Of a DNA stretch of 64,000 bases, positions 57,211 through 64,000 are shown in pieces. The position numbers and the translations under genes were made by a program. The stretch is taken from the IMG/VR virus record IMGVR_UViG_3300025158_000005; one strand, 5' to 3'. Every line of letters starts with the position of its first letter. Position 1 is the first letter of the stretch. The stretch comes from a virus. Below the pieces are notes generated by a model, which did not search any database, was not told the origin of the DNA, and saw nothing but the letters and a program-made list of their open reading frames with translations.

Positions 57211-58833
57211 ATGATAGAATTATCCCAAATTGAGGAATATTTACAGCATCTTTCCTTTAAATCGAACCCCAATCTTAGACCTGTAAATTCACCCATCGAA
57301 TATACTGAGGAAATGCTTGATGAATATATCAAGTGTTCCCAGGACCCGATATATTTTATATGTAAGTACGTCAAGGTAGTTCACCCTGATCGCGGTGTAG
57401 TCCTTATGGAATTGTACGACTATCAGAAAGAGATGGTCGATTCATATTATCATAACAGATTTTCTATCGTTCGAACAGCCCGGCAGCAGGGCAAAACCCA
57501 AACTGCCGCTGCATTTTTCGTTTGGTATATCATATTCAACGATAATAAGTCTGTTGCTGTTCTCGCCAATAAGCAAGCAACCTCCGATGAAATTCTATCA
57601 CGTATCAGAATGTCATATGAGAATCTTCCTAAGTGGTTGCAGATGGGCGTCAAGGTTTTTAATAGAAGATCGATTGAACTAGAGAATGGTTCAAAGTTAT
57701 TCGGTGCTGCCACATCAAGTTCTGGTATTCGTGGTAAAACAATCAATCTTCTGTATATCGATGAAATGGCGTTCATTCAGAATACAGCCTTTGAGGAATT
57801 CTTCACGTCGGTATATCCAACAATTACGGCTTCACGGGATGCCCGCGTAATTCTTACCAGTACGCCTAATGGTTTCAATCATTTTTACAAGTTCTGGTCT
57901 GATGCAGAAAAAGGAATAAACGGTTTCAATCCAGTTCGTGTTCATTGGTATCAAACTCCTGGAAGAGATCAGAAATGGTTCGAGTCTCAGATGGCGATTC
58001 TGGGTGAACAAAAGGGAGCACAGGAAATTCTTGCTGAGTTCATGGGTTCGAGTAGACAATTACTGTCAGCAACAACCATGGCAACGCTTACATATGACAT
58101 TCCAATAAAGACATATGAAGGCGAATTCGCTGGGCTAAAGGTCTACAAAACTCCAGAGAAAGATCGCGTATATACCATGACTGTTGACGTATCAAGAGGT
58201 CGTCATTTGGATGCCTCTGCATTCTCAATATTCGACGTAACCGAATATCCGCATCGAGTTGCCGCAACATATAAGAACAATGAAGTTCCCCCTTTGATGT
58301 ACGCGGGCATTTGTTTCAATATGGCAAAAAATTATAATGAAGCATTTATTCTAGTAGAAATCAATGATGTTGGTGCCCAGGTGGCTGATGAACTCTTTCA
58401 CACCTACGAATATGAGAATCTTTACTGGACCAAATCCGGTGACGTACTAGGTAAGAAAGGTGCCGACCCGTATCCTGGCATTAGAACGACCAAAAAGACT
58501 AAACGGATTGGTTGTGCAAACTTGAAGGATATCGTAGAGAGAAATCAACTTATCGTAAATGATGCCGATACGATAACCGAACTAAGTACATTCGTTCAAG
58601 CAGACTCTGGTACATGGGAAGCCGATGATGGATTCCATGATGATATGGTTGCAACTTTATGGTTATTCGCTTGGTTGGTAACTCAACCGTGGTTCGTTGA
58701 TCTTACTGATAGAAGCATGAGAAATAAGATGTATCTAGCCAAGGAAAAGGAGATGGAAGACTCCTTGACTCCGTTCGGTTTTATACAAGACGGATTATCT
58801 GATGAACTAGAAGAAGTAAATCTCAACTGGTAA
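57211..58833 (+). CDS. 17: terminase large subunit gp17
   Basis: KC..DP.YF, RQQGKT, LANK, ELENGS, DEMAF, STPNG.NHFY, DVSRG, HDDMV; uninterrupted. Confidence 0.97.
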   Translation: MIELSQIEEYLQHLSFKSNPNLRPVNSPIEYTEEMLDEYIKCSQDPIYFICKYVKVVHPDRGVVLMELYDYQKEMVDSYYHNRFSIVRTARQQGKTQTAAAFFVWYIIFNDNKSVAVLANKQATSDEILSRIRMSYENLPKWLQMGVKVFNRRSIELENGSKLFGAATSSSGIRGKTINLLYIDEMAFIQNTAFEEFFTSVYPTITASRDARVILTSTPNGFNHFYKFWSDAEKGINGFNPVRVHWYQTPGRDQKWFESQMAILGEQKGAQEILAEFMGSSRQLLSATTMATLTYDIPIKTYEGEFAGLKVYKTPEKDRVYTMTVDVSRGRHLDASAFSIFDVTEYPHRVAATYKNNEVPPLMYAGICFNMAKNYNEAFILVEINDVGAQVADELFHTYEYENLYWTKSGDVLGKKGADPYPGIRTTKKTKRIGCANLKDIVERNQLIVNDADTITELSTFVQADSGTWEADDGFHDDMVATLWLFAWLVTQPWFVDLTDRSMRNKMYLAKEKEMEDSLTPFGFIQDGLSDELEEVNLNW

Positions 58834-58976
58834 GCGAACGAAGCGAGTGCGGCGAATTCGCTAATGGTTTAAATTACCATACGCAACGGCAGCGACCGGA
58901 GGGATAGTGCATAAGTAGTAATCAATGGGAGATAATGCACAATCTAGCGAACTTCGTTCGCACTCGCTTCGCTCGT
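58834..58976. repeat. ~30-bp imperfect inverted repeats flanking ~80 bp (REP/MITE-like element)
   Basis: GCGAACGAAGCGAGTGCGGCGAATTCGCTA versus TAGCGAACTTCGTTCGCACTCGCTTCGCTCGT. Confidence 0.8.
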
Positions 58977-59047
58977 AGATTCATTTGGATTTAGATTAGA
59001 ACTTATAAGATGCATCCATGAATTTACCATCTAGCACCCATTCATTA

Positions 59048-59077
59048 ATGCTAACACTGCGCGGTTATTTTTGTCAA
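59048..59077 (-). promoter_or_regulatory. sigma70-type promoter (TTGACA-18-TAGCAT, extended -10 TGn) antisense to the late genes
   Basis: On the - strand: TTGACAAAAATAACCGCGCAGTGTTAGCAT. Confidence 0.55.
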
Positions 59078-59234
59078 ATTTATTTGTTACGGTTCATTGA
59101 AATCAATGACATATAAATATTTGACAATTGCGTTTTCTTGTGATTTTGAAGTCTAAATAAGTGCAAAACAAGAGAAGTGCTAAATATATTTGTGAAAATA
59201 TTCACCAAATGTTATAATTTTAAGGAGTTTTAGA

Positions 59235-61232
59235 ATGCCTATCCAAACAAGCCCAAGTGTGGCCATTGTCGAAACCGACTTTTCTCAAATAGTGCCTCTT
59301 GCGGCTACTGGCGCTGGCGCAATCGTCGGTCAGTTCCCAACTGGGCCACTTCTACAACCTGTTCTATGTACATCAACAACTGATCTACAGAATTACTTCG
59401 GAACACCAAATAACGACAACTACAAAGAATGGTTTACTGCATGGAACTTCCTGCAATATTCCGGTTCTCTTTGGGTTACTCGTATCCAAGCCACTGGTGT
59501 AATGAATGCCGCTGCTAAGAAGTCCGGTTCAACATCTGGAATTCTTCTTGGTAATCAAACTGCATATGATATGTCTACTGAGCTAAGTCTAACTACCGCT
59601 GGCGAGTGGATTTGTAAGCAACCAGGTGCTCTAGGAAATGCACTCGAAGTTATCATGATTGATAACGGAACATGGGCAACCTTTCAAGCAGATTATAACA
59701 AGTCTCTGTCATACAACGTTGCTACGGCTGCAATCGCTACCGACGTTGCTACGATTACTGGTTCAGGTTTCCCATTCGCAACCGGGGATAGCGTGACTCT
59801 TGCTGGATTTATCGGCGACGACGCAGTATTCAACGGCACCCATACTCTTGCATCTGCATCTTCAGGGTCGTTGACGTTTGCGATCACTTCGGTTGATTAT
59901 TCGGCAGCAAGTATCTCTACCGCTTGCACTGTAACAGGTAATGCTCTGTACATGAGTGAAAGCCGTCACCTATATTCATATTTGAAGTTTGGTAAACCAA
60001 CAACAACAACGTTCATGTCAGCTACAAATGCCGCTGTTATGGACGAACTAACGGTTTTCGTTATCGATAAAACTGGTGCAATTACCGGTGTTGCTGGTCG
60101 CATTCTTGAGTTGTGGGAAGGACTATCTAAGGTAGCAGATGCAACGAACTATCTTGGTCAAGGTATCTACTACGCAACGTTCATGAACGTAAATTCAAAC
60201 TGGTGTTACTGGGCTTCTGAACCTTCTACCGGAACTGGTCTTGCATGGGGTAACGTATCTTCAACGTATTCTACTGGCGTTGCTCAACAAATGACTACCC
60301 TGTATGTCGTTTCCATGTCTGCCGGTGATGACGGTTCGTTGACTGGACCTGAAAAGATCGCTGCACTACAAAACGCATATTCAGTATACTCCGATAAAGA
60401 ACAGATTCCTCTCGCATACATCATGACTGTTGATTATCCAGCCAACGTTGTTCAATATGCAGTTGATATCGCCGAAACTCGCCGCGATTGTATCGTGTTT
60501 GTCTCCGCTAACAACAGCGGAGTACCATTCACCGCTGCTTCGACCGTTGTTAATGATCTTCAAACCTTCCGCGGTGTGACGCTGAATGTAAACAGTTCAT
60601 ACGCATTCCTAGACTCCGGTTACAAGTATCAATTCGACGGATTCAACCAAGTTTATCGTTGGATTCCTCTGAACGGTGACACCGCTGGTCTATGCGCAAA
60701 CCTAGATGCAAACTATCAATCTTGGTTCTCTCCAGCCGGTTTCACCCGCGGTCAAATCAAGAATGCTGTCAAGATTTCGACTCCATTGAATCAAGCTGCA
60801 CGTGATATTCTGTATCCTCAGCAAGTCAATGCAGTTGTTTCTTTCCCTACCAAGGGTACAGTCCTGTTTGGTGACCGCACAATGCAATCCAAGCAATCTG
60901 CTTTCCAAAGCTACAACATTCGTAGACTGTTTATCATTCTTAAGAAGTCCATTCAAACTGCCGCTCAATATCAGTTGTTTGAGTTGAATACACCTAACAC
61001 CCGTAATAACTTTGTGGGTATGGTGAAGCCATTCTTGGCAAGCGTAAAAGCAAATCAAGGTTTGGCAGACTTCTTGGTTGTGTGTGACAGTACAAACAAC
61101 ACGGACGCAACAATCGCAGCCGGGCAGTTCATTGCTGATATTTACATCAAGCCACTATATTCAATCCAATACGTTGTATTGAATTTCGTTGCTGTGAAGT
61201 CATCGGTGCAGTTCAACACACTACACGCCTAA
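59235..61232 (+). CDS. 18: tail sheath protein gp18
   Basis: SP.V...E.D, FG.P...N...W..A.NFL.Y, R.DC..F.S, DSGYKY.FD, GD.AGLCA, WFSPAG..RG, RRLF. Confidence 0.97.
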   Translation: MPIQTSPSVAIVETDFSQIVPLAATGAGAIVGQFPTGPLLQPVLCTSTTDLQNYFGTPNNDNYKEWFTAWNFLQYSGSLWVTRIQATGVMNAAAKKSGSTSGILLGNQTAYDMSTELSLTTAGEWICKQPGALGNALEVIMIDNGTWATFQADYNKSLSYNVATAAIATDVATITGSGFPFATGDSVTLAGFIGDDAVFNGTHTLASASSGSLTFAITSVDYSAASISTACTVTGNALYMSESRHLYSYLKFGKPTTTTFMSATNAAVMDELTVFVIDKTGAITGVAGRILELWEGLSKVADATNYLGQGIYYATFMNVNSNWCYWASEPSTGTGLAWGNVSSTYSTGVAQQMTTLYVVSMSAGDDGSLTGPEKIAALQNAYSVYSDKEQIPLAYIMTVDYPANVVQYAVDIAETRRDCIVFVSANNSGVPFTAASTVVNDLQTFRGVTLNVNSSYAFLDSGYKYQFDGFNQVYRWIPLNGDTAGLCANLDANYQSWFSPAGFTRGQIKNAVKISTPLNQAARDILYPQQVNAVVSFPTKGTVLFGDRTMQSKQSAFQSYNIRRLFIILKKSIQTAAQYQLFELNTPNTRNNFVGMVKPFLASVKANQGLADFLVVCDSTNNTDATIAAGQFIADIYIKPLYSIQYVVLNFVAVKSSVQFNTLHA

Positions 61233-61242
61233 CATTATAACG

Positions 61243-61264
61243 GAGAGGGAGTAAAATCCCTCTC
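61243..61264 (+). terminator. intergenic hairpin after gene 18
   Basis: GAGAGGGA-GTAAAA-TCCCTCTC, abutting a TAAATA box. Confidence 0.55.
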
Positions 61265-61294
61265 TAAATAAAACAGTAACAAGGAGAAAGCCAA

Positions 61295-61885
61295 ATGGCA
61301 AATTTGACAAGTTTTAGAGAAACAATTGGTGGTGGTGTTCGCCCTAACCAGTTTGAAGTTCAACTTACCGATTTTGGTGGACCAATGTTTATCGACAACG
61401 GGGTGTTCTCATTCCTGTGTCATGCATCAAGTCTACCGGGCAGCACAATCGGACAAGCAACCGCCTTTCACCGCGGTCGTGCAGTACCTTTAGCAGGTGA
61501 GCGTATATTCGAACCTTGGACAGTCACGATTTATGCTGATCAGGGAATGGAAATTCGTACCGCCTTTGAACAGTGGTCCTCATACATTAACGACTACGCA
61601 AATAACTCTGGCGAAACAACGCCTTCGAATTATTCCGCAAGTGGTTACGTTATGCTTCTTGATCGTGCATCGAATCCTATCAAGACGTATCAAGTTATTG
61701 GTATCTGGCCAATAAATATTTCCGATATGCAACTCGGCTGGCAACAAAATGACGTTCTAGCAGAGTTTACCGTAACTTTCGCTGTAACAAGCATTGATCC
61801 AATGGCATCAACTCCTGGTCTGATTACAGCAGGTGACGATCCTACTATGGGTGGTTCCGCGCGAAACAATCCTGCAATCGCTTAA
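61295..61885 (+). CDS. 19: tail tube protein gp19
   Basis: GG.RPNQFEV, FLC.ASSLP.S.IG, GR....AG.R.FEPWTVT, FE.W, EF.VTF. Confidence 0.95.
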   Translation: MANLTSFRETIGGGVRPNQFEVQLTDFGGPMFIDNGVFSFLCHASSLPGSTIGQATAFHRGRAVPLAGERIFEPWTVTIYADQGMEIRTAFEQWSSYINDYANNSGETTPSNYSASGYVMLLDRASNPIKTYQVIGIWPINISDMQLGWQQNDVLAEFTVTFAVTSIDPMASTPGLITAGDDPTMGGSARNNPAIA

Positions 61886-61904
61886 TTGGAATTAGAATTA
61901 CTTT

Positions 61905-63542
61905 ATGATTAATTTATTTGGATGGCAGTTTGGAAAGAAGACAGCAACCGATGAAATCGAGTCGGTTGCTCATTCTATTGTTGCACCGGATATTGATGAC
62001 GGCACAATGCAAGTTTCCGCGGCCGCATCATATTACGGTTATTATGTTGATATGGATGGTACTGTCAAGGATGAAATCCAAGCCATATCCAAATATCGTG
62101 AGATTTCTCTTTACCCAGAGGTCGATATCGCAATTCAGGATATCGTGAACGAAGCAATACCATACGAAGATGATTCGCCGTTGGTAGAAATCGCCTTGGA
62201 CAGGTTGGAGGTGTCTGATCCCATAAAGGAAATAATAACCAACGAATTTAAGGGTGTCCTTTCTCTACTGAAATTTTCAGAGAAGGCCTCTGACCTTTTT
62301 CGCCGCTGGTATGTTGATGGTAGAATCTACTTTAACGTTCTAACTGGTAAAAATCAAAAAGACGGAATTTTAGAATTGCGTCCAATTGAATCAACAAAGA
62401 TCAAGAAAGTCGCAGAAATATTGAAGGAAAAAGATCCTTCTGGTGTTGAAATCGTCAAGGGTGTGAAGGAGTATTATCTTTATTCTCAGTCGGGTTTCGT
62501 TCAACAGCCTAATTTAGCGCAACAACAAAACAGTGCGCCACAAGCCGGCGCAAGATTATCGCAAGATTCTGTTATCTATATTCCTTCTGGATTCATGGAA
62601 CAGAATACTGGAGTAGTTCTAAGTTATTTGCAAAAGGCACTAAGACCTGCAAATCAACTGAGAATGTTGGAAGACGCGGTTGTTATTTACCGTATGTCTC
62701 GTGCGCCCGAGCGCAGAATATTTTATATTGACGTTGGTAACTTGCCTAAGGGTAAAGCAGAACAATACGTCAAAGATATTATGAATCGTTATCGTAATAA
62801 ACTGGTATATGACACAAAGACTGGTGAAGTACGTGATGATAAGAAATATATGTCTATGATGGAAGATTTCTGGATGCCCCGGCGCGATGGTAATAAGGGC
62901 ACAGAAATTACTACACTTCAAGGTGGACAAAATCTTGGCGAATTGGCTGACGTGGAATATTTCCAAAATAAATTATATAATGCTCTAAATATTCCTATAT
63001 CTAGAATGATGCCAGAAACTGGATTTAGTATGGGTCGTTCTACAGAGATATCGCGTGATGAGGTAAAGTTTCAGAAGTTCATCGGCAAGATTCGTCGTAA
63101 GTTCTCTGAACTGTTCTTTGAAATTCTACGTACTCAGTTGATTCTAAAGGGAATTATTGCTGAGGACGAATGGGACGAAATCAAAGAATCGATTACGTTT
63201 AGATTCCAGAAGGATAATTTCTTCGCCGAACTAAAGAATAACGAGATTTTGTTGCAACGTGTTCAGACCGCACAAGCAATGGACATGATGTTGGGCAAAT
63301 ACTTCTCAGTTGAGTGGGTCGCTAAGAACGTGTTCATGCAATCTGATGAAGAAATTAAAGAAATGCAACAACAGATGGCAGACGAATATGATACGCATCC
63401 TTGGTGGTTTACCGCAGAAGGAATGTATGAACAGCAACAACAAATGGCGTTGCAACAAAGCATGATGTCAATGCCACCAGGGCAAGATGATTCATTACCA
63501 CCGCAACAAGGTCAGGGAATGCCTGATCCAAGTCAACAATAA
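61905..63542 (+). CDS. 20: portal protein gp20
   Basis: PEVD.AI.DIVNEAI, FRRWYVDGR, NQLRMLEDAVVIYR.SRAPERRIFYIDVGNLPK, EDFW.PRR.G.KGTEITTL. Confidence 0.98.
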   Translation: MINLFGWQFGKKTATDEIESVAHSIVAPDIDDGTMQVSAAASYYGYYVDMDGTVKDEIQAISKYREISLYPEVDIAIQDIVNEAIPYEDDSPLVEIALDRLEVSDPIKEIITNEFKGVLSLLKFSEKASDLFRRWYVDGRIYFNVLTGKNQKDGILELRPIESTKIKKVAEILKEKDPSGVEIVKGVKEYYLYSQSGFVQQPNLAQQQNSAPQAGARLSQDSVIYIPSGFMEQNTGVVLSYLQKALRPANQLRMLEDAVVIYRMSRAPERRIFYIDVGNLPKGKAEQYVKDIMNRYRNKLVYDTKTGEVRDDKKYMSMMEDFWMPRRDGNKGTEITTLQGGQNLGELADVEYFQNKLYNALNIPISRMMPETGFSMGRSTEISRDEVKFQKFIGKIRRKFSELFFEILRTQLILKGIIAEDEWDEIKESITFRFQKDNFFAELKNNEILLQRVQTAQAMDMMLGKYFSVEWVAKNVFMQSDEEIKEMQQQMADEYDTHPWWFTAEGMYEQQQQMALQQSMMSMPPGQDDSLPPQQGQGMPDPSQQ

Positions 63543-63556
63543 TTAGGAGTTTAGAA

Positions 63557-64000
63557 ATGACGATTCAAACGATGATTGACAATCTAATGGCTAAGAACAA
63601 GGAAGGGTTTGTTGACTCATTTCTTGCTGTAATGACGGAAAAAGTTGCGGAGGCACTTGACGTGAAGCGCGAAGAAATTGGCGCTACCATGTTTCAAAAG
63701 GAAGGACTAGAAGGTTATTCGAAAGATGACCTTGAAGAAGGCACGAAAGCCGTAATGCGAGTCGGTTTTGACCCAGCCAATCATGCAGAACGACTAATGA
63801 AAGCAGATTATTTCCAGTCAAATCACTTCGATTATGGAGTTCGTTCCGCTAAGAAGCGTCTTGAAAAGGGCACTTTCGATCCTCAGCGGAATTTGAAGAT
63901 GGGAGAAAACCTATCAAAGGTCGGCGAGTTTAGACTTGGTGATAAGACTAAACTGAATGCAGAAGAACACCGTCAGGTTGGTGTACATTTGGCTAAGAAG
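63557..64000 (+). CDS. prohead core protein (gp67-like), truncated by the window end
   Basis: RBS AGGAG; MTIQTMIDNL...F...F...M.EKV.EALD.KR.EI...MF; directly after the portal gene. Confidence 0.7.
   Translation, partial: MTIQTMIDNLMAKNKEGFVDSFLAVMTEKVAEALDVKREEIGATMFQKEGLEGYSKDDLEEGTKAVMRVGFDPANHAERLMKADYFQSNHFDYGVRSAKKRLEKGTFDPQRNLKMGENLSKVGEFRLGDKTKLNAEEHRQVGVHLAKK

Overview
This is a 64-kb segment of a large T4-like myophage. About 1-11 kb is an early/accessory region with sigma70-type promoters, followed by gp33, gp59 and gp32. From about 12 kb onward is the late virion module: gp5, hub, gp53, gp48, gp4, gp2, gp54, gp26, gp51, tape measure, gp25, gp6, gp7, gp8, fibre genes, gp13-gp20 and the start of a prohead core gene. 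The best candidate for an undescribed system lies at 5509-8331. A near-consensus promoter and an rRNA-type boxA antiterminator precede three tandem structured non-coding units. Each unit is closed by a covarying 8-bp stem followed by a conserved URCAGCA motif. Directly downstream is a DUF2828 (Ro60/TROVE-like plus vWA) gene, suggesting a phage Ro-like RNP with its own Y-RNA-like array. That gene is split by an antisense HNH endonuclease cassette that supplies a new promoter and new terminal helices. Other notable features are an ~650-nt structured non-coding element next to gene 5, with 10-bp-phased iterons and GAA mini-hairpins; a -1 slippery site joining gp26 to gp51 just before the tape measure gene (lambda G/GT-like); a gp5 with two peptidoglycan-hydrolase domains; and widespread decay of accessory genes while core genes stay intact. 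All calls come from motif recognition by eye; no searches were run.
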